DNA of 46,149 nucleotides from an uncultured Erysipelotrichaceae bacterium (GCA_964456095.1 CAYVZF010000004.1:1-46149); one strand, 5' to 3'. Positions 30,891 to 41,003 are shown, counted from the stretch's first letter. Notes: generated by a model not told the origin, from the sequence alone. A program made the numbers and translations.

Positions 30891-32099
30891 ATGAATATAG
30901 TTATTATTGGCGCTGGTCCAAGTGGATTAATGTGCGCTATCGAAGCAAGTAAAAATGGACATAAAGTTATTATTCTAGAAAAAAACGAAAAAGCAGGCAA
31001 AAAAATATACATTACAGGAAAAGGAAGATGTAATGTTACTAATAACTGTTCAGTAAACGATTTTATGAAAAATATCGCACATAATGGTAAGTTTTTATAT
31101 TCTGCACTAAATACTTTTTCACCAAAAGACACGATAGATTTTTTTCAAAATAATGGCGTACCTTTAATAACTGAAAGAGGTAATAGAGTATTTCCAAAAA
31201 GTTATAAAGCAAGTGATATTACAAAGACACTTTTAAAAGAATGTGAAAAAAATAAAGTAAAAATTTTTTATCATACTAAAATTGATAAAATCGATAAAAA
31301 TAAAACTTTTAATATATATTATAATAATACACAAAAAATAGAAGCAGATAAGCTTGTTATAGCAACAGGAGGAATGTCATATCCATCAACCGGATCAACT
31401 GGTGATGGATACGACTATGCTTTAAAGTTCAATCATCAAATTAATTCACCTAAGCCATGCTTAGTTGCACTTAAAATCAAAGATAAAGTTAGTTATGAAG
31501 CAAAAGGATTAACATTAAAAAATGTTGCGTTACATTCATATAATGATAAAGTTCATAACATTATCGAAGGTGAATTAACTTTTGATAATGGTTTAATAGA
31601 TGGACCAATTGCAATTAAAACAAGTTCTCTTATTTGTAATGAAGATGATATTAAATTGTATTTAGATTTAAAAATAGGCTTAACAAAAGAACAATTAGAA
31701 ATAAAATTAATTAAAGAATTCTCTTCTTTTTCTAATATTACATTAAAAGAAGAACTAAGCAAATTACTACCAATTCAAATGATTTCAGACTTTATTAATA
31801 GATTATCAATTAATCCTAAAACAAAGTTATGTCAAATAACAAAAGAAGAAAGAACAAAAATTATTAATTATTTAAAAAGATACAATTTAGAATATACGGG
31901 GCTTTCTGACTTCAATCGTGCAATAATAACTAGAGGTGGAATTTCAATCAAAGACTTAAATCCTAAAACATTCGAAAGTAAAATAACACCAAATCTATAT
32001 TTTATAGGAGAAATAATAGATGTCGATGCCTTCACCGGTGGTTTTAATATGCAAATAGCTTTATCTACAGGATATGCATGCGGTAAAAATATTATTTAA
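30891..32099 (+). CDS. HI0933/YhiN family flavoprotein
   Basis: GAGPSG, TGKGRCNVTN, ATGG.SYP.TGSTGDG and GGFNMQ motifs. Confidence 0.92.
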   Translation: MNIVIIGAGPSGLMCAIEASKNGHKVIILEKNEKAGKKIYITGKGRCNVTNNCSVNDFMKNIAHNGKFLYSALNTFSPKDTIDFFQNNGVPLITERGNRVFPKSYKASDITKTLLKECEKNKVKIFYHTKIDKIDKNKTFNIYYNNTQKIEADKLVIATGGMSYPSTGSTGDGYDYALKFNHQINSPKPCLVALKIKDKVSYEAKGLTLKNVALHSYNDKVHNIIEGELTFDNGLIDGPIAIKTSSLICNEDDIKLYLDLKIGLTKEQLEIKLIKEFSSFSNITLKEELSKLLPIQMISDFINRLSINPKTKLCQITKEERTKIINYLKRYNLEYTGLSDFNRAIITRGGISIKDLNPKTFESKITPNLYFIGEIIDVDAFTGGFNMQIALSTGYACGKNII

Positions 32100-34686
32100 T
32101 TCTATTTCTTATTCTATTAATCAATTTAACTATTTCCATCACTAATACTATTACTAAAGATAAACCTATACATATTGCAAAATAACCAATATTCATAGGA
32201 TAAAATTCAAATAAATCACTTATGCCAGGAATATAAATCACAACAATTTGTAATAAGAATCCAATAATAAAAGCAAAATTCATAAATTTATTTTTATATG
32301 ATTTTTTACTAAAAATAGAGTGATTTGATTTAACATTATATGCATGAAATAGTTGTGTAGTTGAAAGAGTTAAAAAAGCCATAGTTTGTCCTAAACAATG
32401 GTCTATATTATTGCCAATAATATATGCAATAAGAGTTACTCCTCCGATAATAACACCTTCAACAATAATTTTCCAATAATAGCCATCAGAAAAGAAACCT
32501 TCATCTTTTGATCTTGGTTTTAATTTCATAACATCGTCTTCAACTTGCTCCATACCAATTCCAAATGCTGGAAGCGAATCAGTTATTAAATTTATCCATA
32601 ATAAGTGCATTGCACCAAGTGGAGTACCTAAATCAATAATACCAAATGCTGTAAATAAAGAAGCAATAAATATAGTTAATACCTCTCCGATATTTGAAGA
32701 TAAAAGATATTTAACACATTTTCTAATGTTATCATAGATACCTCTTCCTTCTTTAACCGCTGAAACAATTGTAGAAAAATTATCATCAGTTAAAATCATA
32801 TCAGCAGCTTCTTTTGATACATCAGTTCCTGTTATTCCCATTGCACATCCAATATCTGCTTTTTTTAATGCTGGCGCATCATTTACTCCATCTCCAGTCA
32901 TCGCACATATTGCATTATTCTTTTGCCAAGCATCAACAATTCTAACTTTATCTTTCGGGGCAACACGTGCAAAAACAGAATACTCTTTAATATGCTTTTC
33001 TAAATATTCATCACTTAATTTTGCTAAATCATTCGAAGTAATTGCTTTATCACCATCATTTAATATTCCCAATTCTTTTGCAATTGCAGAAGCTGTTACA
33101 ATATGATCACCTGTTATCATTACTGTTTTAATTCCTGCTTCAGAAGCAATTCTAATTGACTCTTTTACTTCCCTTCTAGCGGGATCTATCATTCCTACTA
33201 AACCAATAAAAGTAATATCTTTTTCTAATTCTTCTTGTGATGGTATTTCATCAAATTCTTTTATACCAAGCGCTAAAACTCTAAGAGCATTATTGGCCAT
33301 TTTTTCATTTGCTAATAGTGCTTTATCGACATCTTCTTTACTATTAATAGAAATTAAAAAAATCTTATCAGGCGCACCTTTTGTAATCGCAACATATTTA
33401 TTATCTTTTTTTATAACTGTTGTCATCAATTTTCTTTCACTATCAAAAGGTAAATCCAAAACTCTATTATAATTATTAATGCTATCACCATGAACCATAT
33501 TAATATCAAGTAAAGCAAGTTCTGTAGGATCTCCAATCCTAATTATTTCATTATTTTTTCTACTTATTTGAGCGTCACAACATATAGCAAAATATGTAAT
33601 CATTTGTTTTTCATTAATAGTTAAGTTTTTAATTTCTTTAATTTCATTTAAATATAAATGCGTAACTGTCATTTTATTTTGAGTTAATGTACCAGTTTTA
33701 TCAGAACAAATAACATTGCATGAGCCTAACGTTTCTACTGCAGGTAGTTTTTTACATATTGCATTTTTCTTACTCATTTTAGTTACACCAATTGAAAGAA
33801 CGATTGTTACTACAGTAGCAAGTCCTTCTGGAATCGCCGCGACTGCAAGAGCAACCGCGGTAATAAAAGCTTCATTGAATTTATTGAAGTCCCAATTAAA
33901 TGTTGCCATCTCTAAAAAGAAAACAACAACACAAATGGAAAGAGCCATTAAACCAATTACTTTACTTACTTTATTTAATTTATGTTGTAAAGGTGTCAAA
34001 TCTTCTTTTTGATTATTTAACATATCAGCGATTTTGCCAATTTCTGTTTGCATGCCAACATTAGTAACTATTGCTTTTGCTTTACCATTTGTAACATATG
34101 TTGATGAAAAAAGTGAATTATGTTTATCACCTAGAGCGATATCATCTTTTTCAATATATTCATTATTTTTTTCAACTGGAACAGATTCTCCTGTTAAGGC
34201 TGCTTCTTCAACTTTCAAGTTACTACATTCAATGATTCTTGCATCTGCAGGAACTAAGTCTCCTGCTTCTACTAAAATAATATCACCAACAACTAATTCA
34301 TTAGATGGAATACTAATTATAGAATTAGATCTAATAACTTTACACGATGAAGAACTCATTTTTTTCAAAGCATCTAAGCTCTTTTCCGCTTTATTTTCTT
34401 GATATAATCCTAAAGCAGCATTAATGACAACAACAATCATTATTATCAAAGATTCTACCCATTCATTAATATCAACAATAATTGATACAAGTGCAGAAAT
34501 AATTAATATAATTATTAACGGATCTTTAAATTGACTTAACAATTTAATAAAAAATGGTATTTTCTTTTTTTTTGATAAAACATTCTCGCCATATTTTATT
34601 TTATTTTGTTCAACCATTTCATTTGTCAAACCACATTCAATATTAGAATTAAGTTCTAATTCTAACTCTTCAACTTTTTTTTGCAT
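32092..34686 (-). CDS. P-type II ATPase (Ca/Mn, YoaB/MgtA-like)
   Basis: TGES, AIPEGL, DKTGT, KGAP, TGD and GDGVND motifs; riboswitch upstream. Confidence 0.93.
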   Translation of the reverse strand: MQKKVEELELELNSNIECGLTNEMVEQNKIKYGENVLSKKKKIPFFIKLLSQFKDPLIIILIISALVSIIVDINEWVESLIIMIVVVINAALGLYQENKAEKSLDALKKMSSSSCKVIRSNSIISIPSNELVVGDIILVEAGDLVPADARIIECSNLKVEEAALTGESVPVEKNNEYIEKDDIALGDKHNSLFSSTYVTNGKAKAIVTNVGMQTEIGKIADMLNNQKEDLTPLQHKLNKVSKVIGLMALSICVVVFFLEMATFNWDFNKFNEAFITAVALAVAAIPEGLATVVTIVLSIGVTKMSKKNAICKKLPAVETLGSCNVICSDKTGTLTQNKMTVTHLYLNEIKEIKNLTINEKQMITYFAICCDAQISRKNNEIIRIGDPTELALLDINMVHGDSINNYNRVLDLPFDSERKLMTTVIKKDNKYVAITKGAPDKIFLISINSKEDVDKALLANEKMANNALRVLALGIKEFDEIPSQEELEKDITFIGLVGMIDPARREVKESIRIASEAGIKTVMITGDHIVTASAIAKELGILNDGDKAITSNDLAKLSDEYLEKHIKEYSVFARVAPKDKVRIVDAWQKNNAICAMTGDGVNDAPALKKADIGCAMGITGTDVSKEAADMILTDDNFSTIVSAVKEGRGIYDNIRKCVKYLLSSNIGEVLTIFIASLFTAFGIIDLGTPLGAMHLLWINLITDSLPAFGIGMEQVEDDVMKLKPRSKDEGFFSDGYYWKIIVEGVIIGGVTLIAYIIGNNIDHCLGQTMAFLTLSTTQLFHAYNVKSNHSIFSKKSYKNKFMNFAFIIGFLLQIVVIYIPGISDLFEFYPMNIGYFAICIGLSLVIVLVMEIVKLINRIRNRIK

Positions 34687-34702
34687 ACAACCTCCTATAA
34701 AT

Positions 34703-34739
34703 AAAAATAAACCCCTATTCTATAAAAAGAATAAAGGTC
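34703..34739 (-). terminator. Riboswitch expression-platform terminator
   Basis: Minus strand GACCTTTATTCT-loop-AGAATAGGGGTT plus T-run, overlapping the P1 3' strand. Confidence 0.75.
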
Positions 34740-34819
34740 TTGCTAATCATATTAATGACCGTTAAATCCGAGATAAATATATCCGTGATGACGAATTTAA
34801 CTATTTGCTACTCCCCTTT
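34733..34819 (-). ncRNA. yybP-ykoY manganese riboswitch
   Basis: Minus strand AAAGGGGAGTAGC...CGTCATCACG...TAGCAAGACCTTT hallmark sequence. Confidence 0.9.
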
Positions 34820-34888
34820 AAGGATAACTATTAATTTGTACATGTATAGTTTATAAAGTATTACTAAGTATTGTCAATAATAATTTTA

Positions 34889-35290
34889 TTATTTTTTTAG
34901 CAATTCATCCGTTATCTTAATTACTTTTGGAGCAATTTTTTCTCTTTCTTTTCTTTCAACAAATCGATATAAAGGATATGCCAAAATACAAGCAATTAAG
35001 CCAATTATACCTATTACAATAGCCAAAAGAAGGCATATTTTATTATCATTTATACCTATATTTACACCTAAATCTGTTAGCGTCAAACTCATTCCAAAAC
35101 CGAATATCAAAACACCAATTATACCAATAATTACTGATAAAATTGTCGCTTTATTTCTTACAGATTCATCTAACTTACAAAGATAATCAAAAGAATCTTC
35201 ATTTTTTTTCATATATTTTTCTCTAATTTCTTTTATCATTTCTTGTTTATTAGATGAATAAGTATATTTGAATTCGTTTTTATTGTTCAT
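34889..35290 (-). CDS. Small 2-TM membrane protein (paralog of 37954-38316)
   Basis: IREKY..KLD..GFGMSL..YPL pattern shared with the paralog. Confidence 0.75.
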   Translation of the reverse strand: MNNKNEFKYTYSSNKQEMIKEIREKYMKKNEDSFDYLCKLDESVRNKATILSVIIGIIGVLIFGFGMSLTLTDLGVNIGINDNKICLLLAIVIGIIGLIACILAYPLYRFVERKEREKIAPKVIKITDELLKK

Positions 35291-36143
35291 TTAATTTATA
35301 CTCCTTTTTCTTTTTTATTGTAATTATTATCATATATAACGCTATAAATAAAATTATAGAAAATACTAGTGCACCAGTAAGCGCTAAAATCATTTTAATT
35401 TCTTCAACTTTCATATCATTACCAAATACATAAAGCATAGAGGCTTCTAATGTTATCATTGAAACACATGATGAAGTAAAACTTATATTTTTTGATGCAG
35501 AATAAATATAATTATTATATTTTTTATACTTTAAAATATTAATGAAAGAAATAATTAATGAAGTAAATGCATATGTTGCATGCGCAATAACAATAATTTT
35601 ATGATTATAAAATGTTTTATCAAAGAATATTATATATCCCATTAAAAATGTTAATATTAAATTAATTATTAATAATAATATGCCACAAAACCCATATATT
35701 TTTGCACTTTTTATATCATTATTGTTTTTATTAAAACTATATATTAATAATATAAATCTTACAATCACTAAAATACTATAATATGATGAAATAATAATAT
35801 ACCAGAATGACCTAAATATAATTCCTAGGCAAAATTGTAAAATTGTATACAATATATTTAAAAATAATGATGTAAGTAATGAAATAATTATTTTTAATCG
35901 AACCTTTGAATTTAAAAATATAAATATTTTATTGTTTCTTATTTTGTTGACAATTTTTATTATAGTTAAAATCCATACTGTAAGAGCATAACAAGCAAAA
36001 ATATATGAAATAATTGCGATAATTGATTTATTATCTAAATTACATAATGAATATATCAAAAATATCAAAGAAACTATAGAAAGAATTCCTTTAATAAAAA
36101 TGGGTGGATATAATATTTTTTTAATAATCTTATTCATGTTCAT
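35280..36143 (-). CDS. Hypothetical polytopic membrane protein
   Basis: About 8 TMs; overlaps both neighbours. Confidence 0.7.
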   Translation of the reverse strand: MNMNKIIKKILYPPIFIKGILSIVSLIFLIYSLCNLDNKSIIAIISYIFACYALTVWILTIIKIVNKIRNNKIFIFLNSKVRLKIIISLLTSLFLNILYTILQFCLGIIFRSFWYIIISSYYSILVIVRFILLIYSFNKNNNDIKSAKIYGFCGILLLIINLILTFLMGYIIFFDKTFYNHKIIVIAHATYAFTSLIISFINILKYKKYNNYIYSASKNISFTSSCVSMITLEASMLYVFGNDMKVEEIKMILALTGALVFSIILFIALYMIIITIKKKKEYKLNEQ

Positions 36144-37218
36144 AATTATTCTTATCTATTATTACAGTAAAAGTCGTACCTTCATTAACTTTACTTTCAA
36201 CTTCTATATCGCCATGCACAATATCTATTACTTTCTTAACAAGTGATAAACCAAGACCATTACCTTGATTAGAATGAGATAATTCACCTTGATAAAATCT
36301 CTCAAATATATGTTTTCCTACTTCTTCATTCATTCCACACCCTGAATCAGATACTTTAAAAATAGTTTTGTTTTCTAATGATGAAAGACTAATAGAAACT
36401 TTTCCATTAATGTTAGTAAATTTAAATGCATTAGATAATAAGTTATTCCATACCAAACTTAATAATTCACTATCGGCTTGAATTATTACATTTTCTTTAA
36501 TATCGACTTCTATTTCTATATTCTTTTCATCCCAAATATTTTCAAATTGTAATAAACAATTTGTTATTTGTTCTCCTAAGTCATATTCTTTTACATTTGG
36601 GTATATTTTTTGATTATCTAATTGACTTAATTTTAAAATATTCGTAATTAATTCTGCCATATTTTTAGATGCATCATTGATTTTTTTTGCATACTCTATT
36701 TTATCTTTTTCATCTAAATATGGATTTTCAAGCAGTTTTGCATAACTTTGAATAATTGCAAGTGGTGTTTTCATTTCGTGTGAAACATTAGCAATAAAAT
36801 CAGTTTTTAGTGTTTCAACACTAGATAATTCTTCCGCCATTTTATTGAAACAATTAATAATATTGATATAATTATCATCTATTCCTATTTGATTAATAGG
36901 TTTTATTCTTACATCAAAGTTCCCTTTCATCATTTGATTTGCCGCAAAAGTTATATGTTTTGTTATTCTTTCAGTTGTTAGTTTTCTTCTAATAATATCA
37001 ATAATTGTGAATAATGTGCTTAATATCAAAACATTTATAAATGTTATCTTTGCGGCATTTTGTAAATTATTATTATCCAAGACAATATTTAAATCTTTAG
37101 TAAAAGTCGTAATAAATAAAGTCATAGAACAAGTCACTAAAAAAGCAACAAGAAAAAAGAATAAAAGGTAATGATAAAATATCTTTAACAATCTTGTAAT
37201 TAAACTAGTCTTTTTCAT
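36130..37218 (-). CDS. HAMP-domain sensor histidine kinase
   Basis: SHEMKTPL H-box, NLLSNAFKF, DSGCG and GNGLGL; short loop between two TMs. Confidence 0.95.
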   Translation of the reverse strand: MKKTSLITRLLKIFYHYLLFFFLVAFLVTCSMTLFITTFTKDLNIVLDNNNLQNAAKITFINVLILSTLFTIIDIIRRKLTTERITKHITFAANQMMKGNFDVRIKPINQIGIDDNYINIINCFNKMAEELSSVETLKTDFIANVSHEMKTPLAIIQSYAKLLENPYLDEKDKIEYAKKINDASKNMAELITNILKLSQLDNQKIYPNVKEYDLGEQITNCLLQFENIWDEKNIEIEVDIKENVIIQADSELLSLVWNNLLSNAFKFTNINGKVSISLSSLENKTIFKVSDSGCGMNEEVGKHIFERFYQGELSHSNQGNGLGLSLVKKVIDIVHGDIEVESKVNEGTTFTVIIDKNNYEHE

Positions 37219-37892
37219 TTTATTATCACCTTATATCCTAGTCCATGAACTGTTTTAATTTCAAAATATTCACAATTAGATAGCTTTGCACGTAGTTTTG
37301 TCATATAAACATCAACCGCACGTAAAGAAGTATCAGAATCGTAATCCCAAAATTCATTCATTAATTGAATTCGTGTAAATGTTTTTTTAGGATAAGATAA
37401 AAGTTTATAAAGTATATTAAATTCTCTATTGGTTAATAATATTTCATCATCTTTTAATAGCACTGTATGTTCATCTACATCCATTTTAAAATCGCCAATA
37501 ACAATCTTTTTACTAGAGGCAATATTAGTTCTTCTTAATAAAGCACCTATACGTAAAAGCAATTCATCAAAATCTATTGGTTTTACCATATAATCATCAA
37601 TTCCAATACTAAAACCTTTTTGTTTAGAATAAATATCATCTCTTGCTGTTACAAATAGAATAGGAATATTCTTATTGTTCTTACGAATACTTTTAGCAAA
37701 TTCGAATCCATCTATTTTAGGCATCATAATATCCGATATTATAAGATCATAAACATTTTCATAAATCGCTGCATAGGCATCTTCAACCCACAAACAACCA
37801 GTTGTTTCAAATCCATTATTATTTAAAAACGAACATAAATTTTTATTTAATTCTTTATCATCTTCCACAACTAATAATTTAAACACACTCAT
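37215..37892 (-). CDS. OmpR-family response regulator
   Basis: EDD, DIMMP, KP and wHTH; ATG 37892 with GGAGG. Confidence 0.95.
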   Translation of the reverse strand: MSVFKLLVVEDDKELNKNLCSFLNNNGFETTGCLWVEDAYAAIYENVYDLIISDIMMPKIDGFEFAKSIRKNNKNIPILFVTARDDIYSKQKGFSIGIDDYMVKPIDFDELLLRIGALLRRTNIASSKKIVIGDFKMDVDEHTVLLKDDEILLTNREFNILYKLLSYPKKTFTRIQLMNEFWDYDSDTSLRAVDVYMTKLRAKLSNCEYFEIKTVHGLGYKVIIK

Positions 37893-37928
37893 AAACCTCC
37901 ACATATTATTAACATAATTATAAATAAT

Positions 37929-37946
37929 AAATGTTAAAGTTTTGTT
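37929..37946. promoter_or_regulatory. Candidate response-regulator box (copy 1)
   Basis: AAATGTTAAAGTTTTGTT, identical to 38383-38400; TGTT half-sites 11 bp apart. Confidence 0.65.
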
Positions 37947-37953
37947 TATGTCA

Positions 37954-38316
37954 TTATTTTAGCAAAGAATCACTTAAAGTAATTATCTTTTCAGCATATT
38001 TTTGTCTTCTTTTATTTAAAATTAGTTTAAATAAAGGATAATTTAAACATACAATAATTATTCCAGCAATTCCTAAAACAATTCCAAATGGCATAGAATT
38101 TGATAAACCTATAAAAGTGCCAAAATTAGTCATAACTAAACTCATACCGAATCCCATAATAAGTGCTCCAATTAGACCAAAGCAATATGCAAAAACATAA
38201 GCAGGTAGCGATACTTTATTATCAAGTTTTTTTATTTCATCATACTCATCAACGCTTTTCTTTTCATACTTTTCACGTATTGATTTAACAAATAATTCTT
38301 TTTCATTTTTTTTCAT
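37954..38316 (-). CDS. Small 2-TM membrane protein (paralog of 34889-35290)
   Basis: GAGGAGG RBS; shared motifs with the paralog. Confidence 0.8.
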   Translation of the reverse strand: MKKNEKELFVKSIREKYEKKSVDEYDEIKKLDNKVSLPAYVFAYCFGLIGALIMGFGMSLVMTNFGTFIGLSNSMPFGIVLGIAGIIIVCLNYPLFKLILNKRRQKYAEKIITLSDSLLK

Positions 38317-38382
38317 CTTAATATCCTCCTCGTATTTGTTACAAAAGAATATTAATATTAATTGATTTATATTTTTTTAATA

Positions 38383-38400
38383 AAATGTTAAAGTTTTGTT
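38383..38400. promoter_or_regulatory. Candidate response-regulator box (copy 2)
   Basis: Exact 18-bp repeat of 37929-37946. Confidence 0.65.
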
Positions 38401-38557
38401 AAAAATTAAATATTTAAAAATTATTTATTTGGTTTTTTTATTTGGAGAAATAATATAAAATTTTAGAATTTAAAAAGTTTAAAAAAGCCTAAAAATGGCA
38501 AATTTTAAGCTTTTTTAATAAAATAAGAAAAATAGGAAAATGTGGTATTTTTATAGT

Positions 38558-38582
38558 AAAGGCTCCTATAAACTAGGAGCCT
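38558..38582 (-). terminator. Intrinsic terminator
   Basis: AGGCTCCTA-taaac-TAGGAGCCT downstream of the dehydrogenase gene. Confidence 0.65.
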
Positions 38583-38633
38583 CATATTATTAGCACCCTT
38601 CCCTCATTAGGATACTAATCAATATATATTAAA

Positions 38634-39662
38634 TTAATCAAGATAGAATTCCATTGGATAAGTTAAATATGAAATTTCTTCAAGTTGATCACAGTTAACA
38701 ACACCTGTTGGAGCTCTTAATAAAGATGGAATACGATTTACAATTGTTGCACATGTATGTTCAACTGTTGCAGGTTTAACAACATGATATTCAACATTTG
38801 GTTCACCAAAGATTTCCCAATCACACATATCGCCATCTTCTGGTCCATATACTTTACCGATTGTTTCTTCTTCTACAGTAATACCTTGCATAGTTTCTGC
38901 AGTAACAACTGCAGCCATACCAATACATCTTCCAGCTTTAATAACTTTACCTAATGTTTCTGATTTAATATCTTTATCAATTATATAAGGAACATGTTTT
39001 TGAGTAATTGATTTTATAGTTAAATGTAATTTACTACAAATCGCTTCAACTGCATTCCAAGCATAAGAAGGTTCAAACACTTCAGGATGAGCAATTTTGT
39101 TTTCAAATTCTTCTTTTGTTAAATCACAACCATGTGCATTAGCAAGAGCTATACCATAGTCTTCAACATTGTATGAATAAGCACCTTTAATTTTAGTAAT
39201 TTTATGGCATCCTGCTGCTGCAGTAGCAACCATATTAATCCAGAAAATATCTTGCATTCCTGATCCAGTAATTGTACATCCATTTTCTTTTGCCAATTTA
39301 TCTAATTTATTAACCAATGCTGCAGAAGTAGTATTTGGATAAATTGCTTCTTCACAAGTAGTAATTACATTAATTCCTCTTCTTACACATTTTTCAACCA
39401 TTGGATAAATATCATTAATAAATGAAAATAAAGTAACAATTGCAACATCAGCATCACATTCATCAAGTACTTTATCAGCATCATCGGAAATTAATACACC
39501 CGTCTTAACACCAAGACCAGCAAAATCTCCAACATCCATTCCAATAATATCTTTGTTAACATCAATTGCACCTACGATTTCAGCACCATGTTCATATGCA
39601 TAACGCAATGTCCATTTACTCATCTTTCCACAACCATATTGAACAATTTTAATTTTTCTCAT
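38634..39662 (-). CDS. NAD(P)-dependent amine dehydrogenase / 2,4-diaminopentanoate dehydrogenase-like protein
   Basis: DapB-like YGCGKM Rossmann motif, VITTCEE, GSGMQD and T.ATIVNRIP; 342 aa. Confidence 0.75.
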   Translation of the reverse strand: MRKIKIVQYGCGKMSKWTLRYAYEHGAEIVGAIDVNKDIIGMDVGDFAGLGVKTGVLISDDADKVLDECDADVAIVTLFSFINDIYPMVEKCVRRGINVITTCEEAIYPNTTSAALVNKLDKLAKENGCTITGSGMQDIFWINMVATAAAGCHKITKIKGAYSYNVEDYGIALANAHGCDLTKEEFENKIAHPEVFEPSYAWNAVEAICSKLHLTIKSITQKHVPYIIDKDIKSETLGKVIKAGRCIGMAAVVTAETMQGITVEEETIGKVYGPEDGDMCDWEIFGEPNVEYHVVKPATVEHTCATIVNRIPSLLRAPTGVVNCDQLEEISYLTYPMEFYLD

Positions 39663-39691
39663 TTATATTCCTCCTCGTTCTTTATAAGTAT

Positions 39692-39722
39692 ATGATAAAC
39701 TCTACCCTTAGATGAGAGTCAA
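39692..39722 (-). promoter_or_regulatory. MerR-type promoter/operator
   Basis: TTGACT-N19-TATCAT with dyad ACTCT..AGAGT spanning the spacer. Confidence 0.8.
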
Positions 39723-39745
39723 TACAGTTTTTTTATTTTATTAAA

Positions 39746-40585
39746 TTAAAATTTAATAGGCACTTGTAATCTTAAAAACATATTTCTTTTTTCATTTCCA
39801 AAAACTGCAAATTCTGTTATTACTTCACATATATAATCTCCGCAGATAACATAATTATTCTCATCACAATATTTTTTTAAAATTTTAGCACATTCTTCCT
39901 CATCATCATAATCTTCAACATAAATACAAGCATACATACCACTTTCAATTATTTTAATATCATTTCTATTTTTATACTGTTGATTTTCCACAAATATAAA
40001 TATTTCATCTGCGACAAACTCCAAAGAGTTATAGTTATCTTTTTTTATAGATGTCCCAACATTATAAGTGTGAATATATGAAAATCCATTATTTAATAAA
40101 TCATTTCTTAAAAATGATAACGATTCTTCATACTCATCTATACTTTTTTCATAAAAATTATGCAAACATTTAATACTATAAATATATCTTTGATCTATAA
40201 ATTGTAAATTAGGAATTCTTGCAGTAGGAGATCTACGATAATATTCTATTGTTTTTATAGATCTTTCAATAGCTTCATGTTTAGCTTTTAATTCTTTTAT
40301 TTCTTTATGAATTTGATCATTCTTTTTAGCTAATACACTTTCAATCAAAGTAATATCCTTTGAATCTAATACTTCTTTTATTTCAATCAAACTCATATCT
40401 AGTTCTTTCATATATGCAATCATATCAAGAACAGCGTTTTGTTGCACATCATAATAACGATATCCACTTTGTGGATCAACATATCTAGGTTTGAGTAAAT
40501 TCTTTTCATCATACAATCTTAGAGTTGCTATTGTCACATGATTTATTTGAGCCATTTTACCAATTGGTATTAATTCATCTTTCAT
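39746..40585 (-). CDS. MerR family regulator with GyrI-like effector domain (BmrR-type)
   Basis: IG..TLRLYD..LLKP..SGYRYY, coiled coil, C-terminal G.YA..E..LQVP. Confidence 0.9.
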   Translation of the reverse strand: MKDELIPIGKMAQINHVTIATLRLYDEKNLLKPRYVDPQSGYRYYDVQQNAVLDMIAYMKELDMSLIEIKEVLDSKDITLIESVLAKKNDQIHKEIKELKAKHEAIERSIKTIEYYRRSPTARIPNLQFIDQRYIYSIKCLHNFYEKSIDEYEESLSFLRNDLLNNGFSYIHTYNVGTSIKKDNYNSLEFVADEIFIFVENQQYKNRNDIKIIESGMYACIYVEDYDDEEECAKILKKYCDENNYVICGDYICEVITEFAVFGNEKRNMFLRLQVPIKF

Positions 40586-40778
40586 TTTTACACTCCTAAA
40601 ACTCTAATCTTCAAATATACTTTATCAAAGATAAAGCACATTTGTAACAAAAAAAACAATCTTACAACAATTATTACCAATAATTTATTTTATCAATTTA
40701 GTATTAAAATATATTTATTTTATAAAATTATCATGATTGTTGGCTTCATTTTCATTGCTTTCTATATTAACACATTTT

Positions 40779-40876
40779 AAATAGTCGGGAATATCCCGTT
40801 GACTTTTAAGACTCAATATTTTAAAATATTTTTGTTAGTGGATAGACCTGATTATTTATCAGTTCTATCTTTTTTT
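40779..40876 (+). ncRNA. Putative structured sRNA (skipping-rope-like), copy A
   Basis: AGTC/GACT outer pairing, CGGGA-ATA-TCCCG hairpin, TTTGTTAGTGG and a terminator at 40841-40876. Family assignment is from recollection only. Confidence 0.55.
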
Positions 40877-40884
40877 ATTTCTTT

Positions 40885-40995
40885 AAAAATTATATAAATG
40901 ATATATAATTCTATTAAAGCAATTAATCCTTCTAACATAATAACCTAATAATATAAGTCTTAATATGTTCAACGACGGTATTCCCATAACTATTT
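40885..40995 (-). ncRNA. Putative structured sRNA, divergent inverted copy B
   Basis: Minus strand shares AATAGT, GGGAATA, CGTTGA, TTAAGACT and TGTTAG in order with copy A. Confidence 0.4.
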
Positions 40996-41003
40996 TTTGT
41001 CAT
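40932..41003 (-). CDS. Putative 23-aa peptide MTKNSYGNTVVEHIKTYIIRLLC
   Basis: AGGAGGT RBS at 41013-41019, ATG 41003, TAG 40932; too short for the ORF track. Confidence 0.35.
   Translation of the reverse strand: MTKNSYGNTVVEHIKTYIIRLLC

Noticed and set aside
32092-32099. Convergent 8-bp overlap of two genes
   Set aside because: Common in compact genomes; no further evidence of a regulatory role.
38400-38560. AT-rich stretch with hairpin AAAAAAGCCTAAAA..TTTTAAGCTTTTTT as an IS end
   Set aside because: No transposase, matching second end or target duplication; may be a terminator.
38634-39662. Annotation as dapB
   Set aside because: Too long, and lacks the HH..K.DAPSGTA motif of true DapB.
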